Shown here: positions 24,258-38,500 of the stretch, one piece after another | Position numbering within the stretch: position 1 is the first letter of the stretch | Layout: every line of letters starts with the position of its first letter | Origin: Ascidiella aspersa | Lineage: Eukaryota | Direction: 5' to 3' | Length of the DNA: 64,000 bases | Assembly: GCA_963924565.1 (NCBI GenBank) | Contig: OZ004607.1 | Span: 35,030,001-35,094,000, forward strand | Position numbers and translations under genes: made by a program | Notes under the pieces: model-generated | The model's input: only the letters and a program-made list of their open reading frames with translations | Databases searched by the model: none | Told to the model about the DNA's origin: nothing

Positions 24258-25705
24258 CTACACAGTACCACATATTACGTCGGAGAAAGCCATGTTAAGT
24301 GAAACGAGTTAAATCAGACACTGGGAAAACAAATGCACCCTTTTCTGCATTAGTCGATTCGTTAAAAATAAAAAAATAAAATATTTCAGCATATCGATGG
24401 AACACTTAAGCAGGGCTGCAGCTTGTGCTAGATGTAAGAATATCAAAGCCTATATACAGAAGTAGGTAACATTTTGAACATTTCGAATAACTCTTTAATC
24501 AGTTTCGAGTTGTTTTTAACACAAAGTAGCATATTGATGTAAATTGTACTTCATATTCGAAATGAGGTAGGACCTAATTATCATGTTTTACTGCCCTAAA
24601 GGTATCTCTAATCGGTTGCACTTCAACAACAGCGCAAGACAAGAAAACTTCTTATAAGTAAAGTTATATCTGTATTCTTGCGAAAAGTTGTAAAACATTT
24701 GAACGGGTTACGCAAGGTTGAAAAGCCCGGAGTTAGACCAGACAGCAGACTGTTTTAAAAGCACACGTAATGTGTTTCCGGGTGCTTATCTCTGCGTTTT
24801 AAGAAAATTTTAGAAGAGGAAAATACATAAATGTTGGCCCTGGTCTTTCGGACAACAAAGCTACCAAGCTTGTCTTACATGTGCCTGGTTTATAACAGGA
24901 CTCCCCAATTTTTGTTATTCATCCCTTGTTTCGTGCTACTGGCAAAACTTGGAAGTCGAAAAAATCTAAGCCAGTTTTTCAGGCGGATGCACGTTTTTGT
25001 CTGAACTTGCACTCGCTACAAATGAAGTAAACTTTCGTGTCTGTTGCCTCGCGCCAGAAATCTCTACAAATGGCTTCCATCCGCTACGCACGACTGGTGT
25101 TGAACGCTTCGTTGGTTCCATATTAACATCGAGCAGAAAGGAATCCAGCCAGGTCCAAACATGGTTCGATTTCGAGTTGTGTTTTTGCGGAAAGAAACTA
25201 CTTTTTTTCTTTACAACAGGACGCAAAAAGGCCTTTTACTACGTCATTAGGTAAAAATATCGCATGGGAAAACTACATCGGGAAATTTGCATATTAGAAC
25301 AAGACCTGTAAACACCAAACACCTTGCTGTTTTGCGCTGTAAATGCTAAGTAACTTAAAACAAGTTGCCCAAATTTGGATGTGTTGGGTTAACAATAGGC
25401 CTTTAAAGCCTGTTGTCAATTGTTTAAGCTTCAAACGTCAATTCGGAGGCTCCTTTTAAAGGTTAGCGTCTGTGTTGTAGCAACGCCGTTTAAAACAGCA
25501 ATCAAGGGATTACCGAAGCTGCAAATCATAGCTTTGTAAAGCGCCTGGTGGTTTGGGTAGAAAAAGGGCGGCATTCAATTTTGCAGACACACCGCTTTTG
25601 AAAGCGGGCCACCGAAAACCGAAAATGAAATTCGACCCTAAAGGCAAAATACCTTTCCAGTAACTTTAGCCGCTGTGGTCATGCTTGGATTTTGATTCAT
25701 TAAGT

Positions 25706-26945
25706 CAGTAGTTCTCAAAGTTTTTAAGCTTGCGGCACACTAATGTTTTTTTTTAATATTTCGCGACACACTTTTAAGAGAACAACAACAGAGTAATTTT
25801 ACAATCGCCCTAACACGCGACAAACAATATGTAAATGTCTCGATATTATTAATTTGTAATAAAATAGTGCGTATTTCGGTTTAAAATGCTTGCGTTTCTG
25901 CCGATTGGTAAAACAGATAACTTATTTTCCAAAATTACCAAAAAAATTGTTTTAAATCTAATTCGAATTTCCGTTTTTACCGAAAATGCCAGTTTGTCGA
26001 AAAGCGTTTTTCAGATTTTTAGTCCAAACAACTTTTGGTCATGAATGTGAATTTTGACCTAAAAAGCGATACCTTCTGTAAAAATTTTATACATTCCCAT
26101 TTCTATAAGAACAAATGTATTTTTTTTTTATAAAAACAATGTTGTTTTTTTATAAACAAAAATTAGTTCAGATTTAATTTAATTTCTGGTTTTCGCAAAG
26201 CTTTCAATCTAATTTCGTAAAACTCAAAAGCTCCAATTTTAATTCTAATCTAACTATACTATAGGAATAAAGTAATGCTAGTTTTTCAACGTCTGTAGGT
26301 GCACGAAAATGCAAAAAAAAAAAACAGCAAGCATATCACGCTTTGCTGGTTCAATTTTCCGGTTCACAACTCGCCTAAATGATTTCACTCGCGTAAGCCG
26401 TTAACTTGCTTAAGAGTTCAACGTAAGCGTTTGAAGGGGTCACGAACAAGGGAAAAAAGGTTAAAGGTCACGAACAAGGCAAAAACAAACGTCTGTTGCA
26501 AGCTAGCAGTGTTGTAAACATGTACCTTTAAAGTTTAAACTGATTTTTTTTATTCCAATCTAATTCGGATTTTACCTAATAATGCTACTTTGTCCAATGG
26601 CATTTTTTAGTCTCTAAATCGAAACAAAGAATTTGAATTAAAACTCTTCTGTCGAAAAGACTCGTAGGTGATTTTTTACAGTCTGAAAAGCTATGCTGAA
26701 AGGCACAAAATTTAGCACATATGTATTTACCATTCACACTCTTAAAAATTAAACTTAAAATTCCTTTTTTTTTTAAGAATTTGATAATTCGAATTGTAAT
26801 CTAATTTGAAAAAAACAAAAATGATCTAATTTTAATTCTAATCTAATCAGGAAAAACTGAAATGATCTAATTCTAATTCTAATTCTAACCTAGTTTTAAA
26901 ATACTGAAATAAATCTAGTTGTCCAAGTTTGGTTGGAAACCACTG
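25706..26945. mobile_element. Composite or nested MITE block
   Basis: Left part (cagtagttctcaaa...) matches the 52700..52983 family. Internal ATCTAATT-rich elements match 5316..5915. Ends in gttggaaaccactg. Confidence 0.5.
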
Positions 26946-26970
26946 CCTTTAAAACAAACATAAAACGCAC

Positions 26971-27143
26971 CTGCAAGAGGCCACAGCTATTCGGAGTAGG
27001 GGGGCCATGACACGCCAGAGGGGCCACTTGGAGACCCGGTCGTTCCAGACGGCCTGGACGCCCTGGCGCAGCTGGTGGCCTCGTGTGCCGGGTAAGTCCC
27101 ATCTGGTGCAGGGCAGAAGCCGATTGGTGGAGATGTCAGTCAT
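26971..27143 (-). CDS. Putative upstream coding exon of the GT31 gene (exon 27223..26971; ATG at 27143)
   Basis: Strong acceptor (ctctctttttttctccttacag|) and donor (CAG|gtgcgt) around a GC-rich exon. The ATG is preceded by an in-frame TAA, and the phase-2 junction is in frame with the TM exon. May be 5' UTR only. Confidence 0.6.
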
Positions 27144-27275
27144 TTAAGCGTTTTGGGTCCGGCTACATTTCTATTTAGCAATGCCGCTTAAAACATGAGG
27201 GCTGTGTGTATTACTGCTAAGGCCTGTAAGGAGAAAAAAAGAGAGAATGTACTTAAGTTTCTGCTTTGTCTAAGG

Positions 27276-27645
27276 CAGGGGTTCTAACCTTTTTTGTTTT
27301 TATGGTTTACCCTTTTAACAAAGATGAATTTCAAATTTACCCCCAATATAAAAAAGTGTGCTTATTCATTAAAAAAACGAAAATAACAAATTACATCAGT
27401 TATATTCAATGCGAAAGCTGCCTTTGCCCTTTGGGCAACGAAAAATTTTGCTTTTAATCTAAAAAACAGTATTAGTGAAGCATAACGTTATCGACACTAG
27501 ACGATAAAGAATCAATAGCCTACTAGGCTATAGCTTAGAATTAGCAGTTGATGCAAACCAGGAAAGTAGGCTACCAATACCTTCAGCTGGCACAGGCACA
27601 ATTTTTCTGTCCCGGGGTAAATTTTCCCCAGGTTAAGAAACGCTG
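27276..27645. mobile_element. hAT-type MITE
   Basis: TIR caggggttctaacc / ggttaagaaacgctg, TSD gtctaagg/gtctatgg. Confidence 0.82.
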
Positions 27646-27669
27646 GTCTATGGCCACGTTTGGCTACTG

Positions 27670-28133
27670 TGCGTCTTTATGGAGAGGTTAGACATACGCC
27701 ATACGCAATTTCGACCAACACAAACAATGTGAAAAGATCCCACTCAGTTCCTGCACGAAAACTTAGTAAACACTGATCGCAATTTCGCCTCAATAGAATA
27801 CGGTTAACTTTTCGGTTAAGTTTCTGCCTCCGATTATTATATTTGAAGTATTTTGTAAGTCTGGAAACTGCACCTGGTTAGGGGAAAAAACAATCTAAAT
27901 TGGCCATAGAAAAGTGGCACAGGTGTAGAAATAGCCTTATATTCGTGGCCGAAAATAGAGTAACCCGTAAACTTTGCCTTTCCTAAATAGTCTGGCGCCT
28001 TTGCGTCTTTATTGTGAGCTTAGACATACGCCATAGATAATTTTGACTGACACCAAATTACGATATACAAAGATTACTTTCTGCACAAAAACGTGAAAAA
28101 CACTGATCGCAATTTCGCCTCGATCGAAAACCG
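27670..28133. repeat. Direct duplication (~135 bp x 2, about 330 bp apart)
   Basis: gcgtctttat..ttagacatacgccata...ctgcac.aaa....aaacactgatcgcaatttcgcctc at about 27670 and 28002. Confidence 0.8.
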
Positions 28134-28696
28134 CTGAAGCAACTTTCTGCTAAATGTAACAACGAAAACACATTGTACGCACTTTTGACCTAATCGAATG
28201 TACAATAATCACGATCAACCTAATTCATAACACAAAATCGCTAAGCGCAACTTTACCTTAAAGAAAAAAGCGCTTAAGTTAAGGCCGGTTCGTAGAAAGA
28301 TAAACATTGAATATATTGAGTTTTGCAAAAAATTTCCGGTGTTTTTAGTAAAATATTTCCGTTGTTTAGCCCAGTGTATTTTTAAGGGAAATCAAAACGC
28401 TGACATGTCGTAAATAGCTAATCATTTATTATAAGCTACACTAAGCAATAAAGACATTTCCAACTTCACGAAATTACGTCACACGAGGAAACACGAGCAA
28501 AAATACGTCACCGCAAAAAAAGGTCGCGCCCTGGAAAGTATACGGACCCACCAAACCTTTCTGGGCCAAACCTGTGTCAACATACGTGAATATAGCACTT
28601 CTACCAACCTAATGACTAAGTGGTTTACGTAATACAATATATACCGAACATTGACGCTTAGCTGAAGTGACATGTTTACAAAATCCCTTTGGGAAT

Positions 28697-28782
28697 TGGG
28701 ATGCCCGATACCACGTATCGCTTCCGCTACCGATAACCGATATTTTAGGGAAAAGTACCGCCTATCTGATACGATACCAAAT
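28697..28782. mobile_element. Fragment of the TAGGGATGTCCGATA / CCGATA-repeat MITE family
   Basis: gggatgcccgatacc..taccgataaccgata. Similar fragments at 29620-29710, 38600-38677 and 39870-39930. Confidence 0.55.
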
Positions 28783-30502
28783 TAAATGATTAAATTTAAG
28801 TGAATAAGTTGGATTAATTGAATTAAAACGAGCAAAGGTAATCGTTTTCATTTGTTCACCAACAATGTTTTACCGATGAAAAACAAATTAATTTTATTAT
28901 TAATATGCTAATTTTATTAAACGATTACCTCTCGAACTGAAAAACGCTTAGTTAGATCACAAACCATGCTCAAAGTGCGGAAACGGTAGCCTATACAATC
29001 AAAACATTAAAAGGGGCCAAGATACTTCGGTATAACCCATATCGAGTACAAACAATTAATGGGTTTATATACAAGACAAACTTTCCTTATACGTCCATTA
29101 ACAAACGCACTGTGTTCTACAGATACAAAATCAACAACCTAAAACGTTTGCCTGCCTTGTTACTACAACTGAAGTCATGCCTACAGCAACCTGTTCTACA
29201 AACGATAACAATGCCAACGGTTGATAGAACGTCCTGCTGGTAAGTTTTCCACCCACACAACAAATAACTTCCAGCTTGTGCTTAATATGTGTTTTACCTT
29301 ACAACAGTATTTACAGTTTGACTTCTTTTAGCTTCAGACACCGTTATAGCACAACAAACGATTTCCACAGACTGTTCGGTTGAGACGCATGTATGTCTGG
29401 TCAAAGGTTTTGCTAGAGCTGTTCTGGCGTTAAAAGCTTTTGAGTGTCGAAAATCCAACCACAAACGTTTGACGATAATACGTTTTGCATATTGCCGATG
29501 GTCACGGCAGGTTAATCTTTAAAGCGTATTTCCAGCTGCGGCAAATCATTTATTCGGCGTACGAGCGCTGATGGAGCAACAGAAAAGCACATCATACAAT
29601 ACAAATTTCCCTTTCAATATAGGGATGTCAGATAATATGGATCGGAGCCGTTATCCCATTCCAAATGGTATTATCGGTACTATTCCGATACTAGGGTTGT
29701 ATCGGCACCTCTCCCATACAAAATAAATTCAGGTATTTCAGTCATAGTTTGCAATCTACTTAACCGATTTTCACTCTAAAAGGTAATTTATTTTTGAAAA
29801 TAGCATTTTAATAATTAAGGTAACTAAGTCCACCAGGTAGAGAGCAATTTTTTTGCCAGCAACTACAAAATACATTTGCATGTTCCAACTCAGACAACAG
29901 CTCTTGAACGTAAAAGTTTGTTAAGTTTAGGCACTTTTCTTAATTAAATTCGACTACAAAATTGAACTTGAATTTCACTATAGTATTCACCAACGAAAGC
30001 ATACATCCATAAAATTATTTTTGAGGGTTATTTAAAACATATATGTGGGTCTGTAAGCCTGCTATTTCTTTTGAAGGATGTTTGGAAAGCACTGTTTTTA
30101 AAACATTTACCAAGATACGAATTTTTTTCGTCCTGAAATCGAGCTCAGCGCAAATCCGCCGCACAAAGAACGTCCGCTGATTAAAAGGAACCGCGTTGGC
30201 ACAATACTGTTTAAATCTTAAGCCCAGCGCGCCCTAATGCTCCGAGGTGTATAAACGTGACACAACGCCACTGCCGGTCAACCGGGACTTGTATGCAGAT
30301 GAATCACCTCTAAGCAAAACAAGGTTCTCCCTTAGCCCGAAGAACACTTTAACATAAACACTACAAGAGCCCGGCTAGACCAGACGGGCTGAAAGGTAAA
30401 CATGATTGCCGGCTTGTACAGTTATGTTTTGGGTGCGGCATCCTTGCTTTTGGTAAACAGTGATCTTTGATCAGTCAAAGTCACGCACTGTTTTGTTTAC
30501 AG

Positions 30503-30828
30503 CAGTGTTATTTTACCTTTTTTCGCAATGACACAAATTTTAAGCTAAGTTTTACAGCGAAGCTTTGGCAAGCCAAATTGTCTTCACCGAAGTTTTTGCA
30601 AGCTTAAAGTAAACAGAAAAGAAACAAGACCATCGCATTAATAAATTTGAATTTAATAAATATTGGTCGTGTTTTTGAAATGTTTCTCAAATTTCGGAAA
30701 AATCAAAAAATATTTTTTCACAATTAATGACACAAAATCTTAACCATGTGAAGTTCGTGAACTACTTCAGTCGGCGACTCAACTGACTAAAAGGCGACCA
30801 AAAATTTAGGGTCGGGACCCAAAAGCTG
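30503..30828. mobile_element. hAT-type MITE (degenerate TIRs)
   Basis: cagtg ... gctg flanked by perfect TSD gtttacag. Confidence 0.65.
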
Positions 30829-32427
30829 GTTTACAGAATGGAGAAGAACAACCAAAAATAGCAGAACACGTAGTACAGTTGGCTATATTTATTACCCCAC
30901 CGTTTATAGATAAAAACAGAACAGTGTAAAAATCTGAAAAAATCTAACCTTAACGGAGATTTATACGCGTTTGCCTTTTCTAAACTCAAAACACGCTTTA
31001 ACTGCATTCACAGAACAAACGCAAACAATACCATCCTTGGCCAGTCACAATAACGCCCTGCTTATTTAAGGGCAAAGTTTAATACATAATAAGCCAATGA
31101 ATATCATCTTTGACTTCTTTGAAACAATAAAAATACCATATTTGTCATATTTAAAATAACGTCGCGCTTATTAACAGGGCAAATATTAAAACAGCAGAAA
31201 AAACAACGATTTTTTTCCAAGGTGCCGCGGTAAAACAGACTTTCATCTTGACTTGCAAAGACTGACTGCGGTGAACCGTGTGCGGTTGCTTGACGCTAAT
31301 AGCGTACTTTCGCGTTGTTTTCGGAAAGTTAGACAACGCGTCTTAAACCGCGCAATATGACGTCACAATGTTGTCGGGAAAGTTACCAGCGTAGCACTAT
31401 ACGTCCGATGATGTAATTTATCTAGATAAGTAGGTTTTAATCCGATGAGGAAATTTCTAAAGCAATATGAACAAACCGGTTTAACGAACCAAGGCTAAGA
31501 AAATAAAGTAAGTCTAAAACAAAAGAAAACATAAACCTGCCATATTCAAAATAGCAGATAATAGCTTGAAACATACGAACTATAAAAGCTTCAGCTTGTT
31601 TAATTTAAATGTAATACGATCTTACTCAATACAATACCTTGATTAAAAAAAACGTAATTCAATTGGTTAGTTGAGAACATGTTTAATTACAAATACTGTA
31701 CTTTACTCGGTCGAGGAATAACTGACGATACAATGCCAAGGGTTTCTCACCCGGGACCATTGACCCCTCAAGAGACAATAAAGTGGGATCGAGGGGACTT
31801 TGCAATTGTTTAATAATTTAACTTAATTTTGAGTTTTTTTAATACACGTGACTTCAGAAACTGCCCGCGTGACGTTTTTAAGCGTATTTATTTTAAACGT
31901 AAGGGGGACAAAAAAATTTTTGAGAGTCGCCGGGACCGGGATTTTTACGCCTAAAAAAAGAACCACAGCTGGTGTGGGATCCGAGAATTTGTTTAGGCTT
32001 TTGCACCATTAAGCTCCAAACATAGACATACGTTGACACAGTGGTTATTCTGAATGTGTCTTAAGGTCGGAACATATTCTCTCTAATAGTGAGAGACTTA
32101 ATGTCATGAAATTTTCACACATACCCGTCAAAACGTTTGCAAGAATCCGACGACATCTACAATTCTCCGGACTACGGTTGTTTCGCTGAAACAAACAACA
32201 ACAAATATAACAAACATCTCAAACCGGTTGTGGTGCGTCTACGTCATCAACATGTCACGTCACAACAAAAGCGAAGGTTCATTCCGGGCACGACCAGGTC
32301 TACGCCTTCCTGGCCAACATCCCGGAAGAAGATACGTTATGCGAGTCATCCTGAAGCGTGCTTATCACCACAACCGTGCAGAAGGATGTAGCATCGTTGG
32401 TTGCGACCCGGATACCTCACATTAATC

Positions 32428-32746
32428 CAGTGGTTCTCAACCGGGGTTCCGCGGAACTCTAGGCTACCATTTTTAACACTCAAGGGTGCCGAGAGATATT
32501 TCAAATTCTTTAGGATTCCAATTTTTGCTATATTGGTAAGCTTCTTGAGAAAGCTAAGAATTTTTTGTGTACGATAAAAGTGCCAAAAATTTGAAAAGGC
32601 CGACCTTGTTGCACAATTAGTGTGCTGTGTCAATTTCGTTTATTGTAACGTTACAGTTAACCACTCAGCAAAAATACGAGCAAGGGTGCCGCGAACTATT
32701 TATACCTTCTGTAGGGTGGCACAGGCCAAAAAAATTGCAAACACTG
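32428..32746. mobile_element. hAT-type MITE
   Basis: TIR cagtggttctcaa / ttgcaaacactg, TSD cattaatc/cattaaac. Inverted partial copy at about 54606..54791. Confidence 0.8.
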
Positions 32747-32914
32747 CATTAAACAGTCAACGTGTCTTCCAACCACTTGGCCATCAGCAAAAATTCAATT
32801 GTAAAAATGCTTATTCTATCTAAATTGCAACCTAAATTTTGCAAACATTCGTTTACTGTTGAGCTTATTATAAATTAAATTTGTTCTACAACGTCTATTC
32901 TTCCGAGTATTTAA

Positions 32915-33252
32915 GCCGATATTCGATACCAAGTGGTTGTATCGGTACTCGATCGATACTTGGGTAACTTCGGTGCCGATCCGATACCAAAATAATGTAG
33001 GATTTCCAGCCATGATTCACAAGTCAATGCAGCGGTTCCAATATAAAAGCATAACTTAAAAAAAATCGCAGGTTAACTAGTACAGGCAATTAAACTTCTC
33101 AAAGAATGCCAAAATATCTCTCAATTTACTTCTACTTTGCCTGTATGAACCAGTAAATGACGTCATTTGGTATTTGATCGGACCGCTTGATTTTTGTCCA
33201 AAATATCGGATATCGGTGTCGAAATCAAATTTGCATCGGTTGATTATCCCTA
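32915..33252. mobile_element. CCGATA-repeat MITE (reverse orientation) carrying TGACGTCA
   Basis: Multiple ccgata/tatcgg motifs, ends in atcccta, similar to 35080..35542 and 62223..62613. Confidence 0.65.
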
Positions 33253-35079
33253 ATACAGAATATGTGTAGCCTAACTGACAAAAGGTAACACCTTTATTAA
33301 GTCGAAGATGCCGTTTGCAAAATTGTACGAAAAGTACGCTGGTTTAGATTGATATTTTAGCTGTGTTTCACACCACTGTATGTTGTCTTGACCAAAGTTA
33401 CTGCAACTTTACCTATGCTCGTATCTTGGGACCGCTAAAGCTAATCAACGGTCTAAAATAATAACATGCCAGCTGGGAAAAAATCTCTGCACGAATAGCT
33501 ACGCAATGGAACAGTCTGTGACGCAATGTTATTTCCTCATAATCAATCGCCTGAATGTTGGTATCTTTTTGCTGCGAATAAACCTGACTGTACTTAGTTA
33601 ATCTGCGTTAACCAACATATAGCTGCAGTAAAATATAATAAAGACATAGGCGACTAGTCGCAGTATACAAGCTAATGTCGCTGCAACTACTGTATAATAT
33701 TGAATGCAAATTAATATAGACTGACTGAGCCTTATACAAAACTGTACATACTTGATCAGGCCGTCGGGTAAAAAGTCGCACAGACAAACGAAAACAATTA
33801 GCAGCTCACTGATTACTACGCGCATTGTTTAACCGGCGAGCGTTCTGATTGCCAATAAAGCTACAATTAGCGCTGTTCTAGCTGCCAGGCTAGCAGTTAC
33901 TCAAAGTGAGCAGCTTAAAAGCAGACGCTACCACTCCCAGCCACCTGCGTTTTGAGGAACAAGACGCCGTCTAAATGCAAAAACGGAAAGTCAGCGCAGC
34001 CATACATACCTGCTGACAAAGCAGCCTGGCTTACGGGCTGACGCTGGAAGTTTGAAAACAAAATGCACTGTGCACTGTCAGCAGAATGCAAGGTTATTAT
34101 ATGTTTGGTCGTTCAGCAACACTGCTTCTTGGACGTAATGGTGAGTGAATTAGTTATTCATAAATTTATTAACGTGGGGTTTGGCATTTTATAGGAATTG
34201 AGTTTATTTCTTATATTAAGTTTAATTTTTACAGGATTCTTTCATCAGAATTGATCGTGTAACAATTTGGGTTTCTGCAAAGTTTTTTTTATTTTCCATA
34301 CTTTTAGATCTTTAAACCTTTTAAGGTTCTTTTTAACATAACAAACTGACTGCCTATTTTAGGAACAAACGCTGCATCTAATTTGCTTATAGATACACTG
34401 TAAAACACAAAAAAAATTATCCCGTTGTTTTATTTAGTGAAACAAACTTATTGGTTTAGGTTTATTATAAAACATTGCAGTTTTCCAACGTGCAATTTGA
34501 AACACATAACAGGCTTGCTAACTGTTACAAAGTGACACACTATACATACATATATATTCCACGTTGTAACAAGGCAGTAAGCCACGGTAACTGATGTAAC
34601 ATGCCTATCGTTTACGAATTACAACACATTTTTACAACGCTATGTTCCTTTGAACAAACACGTGGTATTATCTGCCCGCACAATATCTTTGTACTAATGC
34701 GACGGTTTTAAGACTTGGTAAACGTTTGATAAAATAGCACGGCGCGAAAACATCGATTTTTCATTAAAAATAATTAAAGGTCACTTAATTAATCATTGTA
34801 AAATGTTGGTTAAATCCGTGTAAAATTAGCCATATGTTTTCTTTAAGTATTACAAAGACATTGAATGGACACAATACTTAACGAGTGACATATTCGAAAC
34901 AAAGCGTCACAGCAAATGACGTCATACCAAGCTACGTCACACCAAGCCGACTATAGCAAATTTACCGCGTGACGAAAGTGCACAATGCGCACTGTTCGAG
35001 TGTCGCTGGCCATTGAGGCATTCAGAATCAGTATTTCGCGATTCAAGTATAGATGGCAAATCTTATGCTTACTTTCAAA

Positions 35080-35542
35080 TAGGGATGTACGATATTTGAC
35101 ATTTTAGTTCAATACCGATCCCAATTGTTTGGACAGAGAGCCGATACCAAATGACGTCAACAATACCATGCAAAAATGCATGAAATTGAAAAGGCAGTTT
35201 GCTGGTTATTCAGCCAAAAATTGCTTTATCATTAAACCACCTAACTTTTTTATTTCGCAATTCAAAATTTGACAAGTTTGCAATTCAAGATTGAATTACT
35301 ACGTTCGAGCGAAGAGATTCCAACATAAAATCCCATGATGGGCCTCGCCACCCTTTGCAACAGGATGGATTTTGTAATTGCATTGCATTCATAATTCCTG
35401 TTACAGACAAGTTTCAAATTCCCTTGGCACTGGTCTAGAATTCTACCACAGCATTGAAAAATTCCTACATTAACTTGGTTTTAGATCGGCACCTATACCA
35501 CCTTAGTATCGGCACAGTATCCGATACTATCGAACACCACTA
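35080..35542. mobile_element. CCGATA-repeat MITE
   Basis: tagggatgtacgata ... tatcgaacaccacta, with internal aaatgacgtca. Confidence 0.7.
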
Positions 35543-38500
35543 CATTACAATGTAGCCCCTGATCAAATGCACACTTGACTCAAATAAAAGCAAGCATTCT
35601 TGAGACTTTCCTGTTAGCATTAAGTCCTGGTATAATGAATCAAAGTCAGTCATTTCTAAAATGCAAACAAATATATTGTTATAACGCCAATAATGGCAAC
35701 ACCAGTCTCGTATTCAAATAATATCTATTTATGCCAGAAAGCTCTGCAGAATACTTGCATATATATAAATAAATAAATATATATTAAGGATCTTTGGTTT
35801 TTATTGTGTACGCACCAAAGGCAGGAAATAAGACGTCCGCCGAGCGGAAAAAGAGTGCAACAGTCCCATTGCGCAAGTCCTAACACGATGACACAATATT
35901 TTATTCTAATTGTATATAGAATAATAATACAGGCGGGACTTAATTTGCCGATTCATTTCGAAAGCGTGCCGTTGTAATTTTTGAAAAAGCTGTCGCTGTA
36001 ATTTTTTTGATGTTTTTAAATTCTGTTGAAAATTAGTGAATATTTCTTTCCATTACCTTGTTTTTTTTTTGTTCAATCGCTTAAGTTATGATAGCAAGTG
36101 AAATTTTAGTTCAATTTTTTTCAACGCAATTAGTTTCTAATATTCGAGCTTTGCTGTGAACAACTAAACACCTTTGATTTCGGAACACTGCAGACTTTCT
36201 GTTTTATTGCTAGCTCTGTCAAGACCGTTTTCGATTTGTCGTCATTTAAAAAACTGTTAAATAGTCAAATTTTAATCAGTTCTCTGAGTTTTAAGTCTTG
36301 TTAATTTTCGCGAGACACATGGTAAAAGAAGACTAACGCAAATGACGTCATAAATAGCAATGACGTCACGGGCCTTGCGTTCAGACTACGGCGAACAAGT
36401 TTAAACACGGTCGAGCTCATTTTTTGGCGAGTGAATACTGCGCTAAACACAGAACCTGCTCACGCAAGTCAATTAAACATTTTTTTCGGAATGGTTAGTT
36501 TTTTTATTGCTTTTAATACTCATGAGTTACAGAGCCGATCATGACGGACTTTAAGGCAAAATTACATTTTCTTCAAGTCAAGTAAGTTGCGCAAAGCCTA
36601 ATTTCGATACAACATAATCGCCCTGGCATAATATCCACTTCAAAAACCTTTAACTTTAAAAACGTCTTCAGGGACATTTTGCCCATACACATTACTCAAA
36701 TTTTATCAAGAGTATCTTATAAAACATCAATAACCAACTTCGACAGACATCAAAATAAGACCACCAAAATTCAAATCGTTTTTACCAAAATTTTAAATCC
36801 AACTGAAAGTTTCATATTACTGGCCCGCGACTTACTCGAACCAACGTAAACAATTGAATGTTTCCAGACAAGTCACAGTCACCACTGGCAATTCCTCTGC
36901 GCTACACAACAAAATAATCAGCTCAAGCGATAGGGAAACGCACTACCGTAGAAGAGAGGACCACTTGGCACTTGAAAACCCCTCGATCGCTTTATTGCCT
37001 TTGTGCTCGATTGATGACGTAATAAACAGGGGAATAAACGAAGAAAGTTGCGTCATTTTGCCACGCGGAATTGACTTCTAGGAATATTGTGGTTTTCGAC
37101 CTACGTACATTGCGGGAAATGTTGCTAGCGTGCTTGTATATTGTTATTTTATTGTGGAAACCCGGAAAAACAGTAACGGTGGTCTAATTGGAAAGAAAAA
37201 AACGTGATTGATAACTATAGTTTCACTTGATGTCCTAAAATCAGCTTGTACCGCCAAGACTCTAAACACTAATGCAAAGACAGAATGTGATAAAAAAAAA
37301 ATCATGTCGAAAATAAGTCCAAAATTAATCGGAATAAGACTTTAATGAACAAAATAACGTTTTTAGTCTCAAAGGCTGGAAGTCTGCAGGCAATTTAAAG
37401 GCTGGAAGTCTGCAGGAAATTAAAAAATGCAGGCAATTTAAGAGAAATATCGGTACACCTCAAAAATTTCGCATTCGCTTCGCTCGTAATGTGCGCCGCC
37501 ACGTTTTTATACGTCTCTATAGGTGCGTCCCCAAGTAAAAAAGGTTAAGAAACACTGGGTTAAGAGGTTAATTTAGGGTTACTTCATAAGGTGTTTAGAT
37601 CTTGTTTTGACCGTTTAGTTTTTTCTGTCGGGTTTAAGCTTTATTCTGCAGGGTTTATGTCTTAATCCGACTGTAACTACACATACTATAGCTGGCCATA
37701 CTCTGTCGGGTTTAGGTCCTAATCCGTGTTAACTACACAGTACACATGTACTATAAGTTGTGCTTTATTCCAAAGTTGCTGCTTTTCTAGTTTCGGTCTA
37801 TTGTTAAAGTTCCTCGCAGCTACCTTACTTAATACTTAATTTCCCAGGTAGCACTAAACCCACGTCGTCTTGGCCTTACTCCGTCGGGAATAGACCTATT
37901 TCTGCAGGGTTTTGGTATTAATCTGACTGTGAACTAAACATATACTATATAGTTTTGCTTTACGTTGCTGCGCCGTAAACTTGCAATCTTCGACAGGTTT
38001 CGGTAAAAGTGACAATCGCGCGAAAGCTAAATCGACTTTCTCCGACGGACTGTTTTCACCGCGCAGACTTAATCAATCCTCGCGCTCGCCCTCAATAAAC
38101 CTTTTCCAGGTGGAGTTATTCTACACCGCTCTCAATAACGAACGATCCAGGACAACGACACGCGCGCATAAATTATTTATTCTCACCCGGTCCCTGTTAG
38201 TCGCCGGGCGCCTTAACACCGAAGTGTGAACACGCCAATATTTGTCTTTCGATCAACGGCTGACACGTTTACATGACTTAATATAGGGCTTCTTAAGCAT
38301 CTGGCTCTTTATTCGTTTTTGTGCACCAATATGTCCTTGGAAATTCGCCTAAACTCGATTTTCAAATCTCGGAAAATGCCTAATCGGTGATCAAAATAGT
38401 TTACGATTTATAACGCTGACACTTTTAAGCTCCACAAAAAGATGCGACAGATTATTAGGGCAAAATTTGCTTTTGCTTAAGAAAATAGTTACTACTTTTT

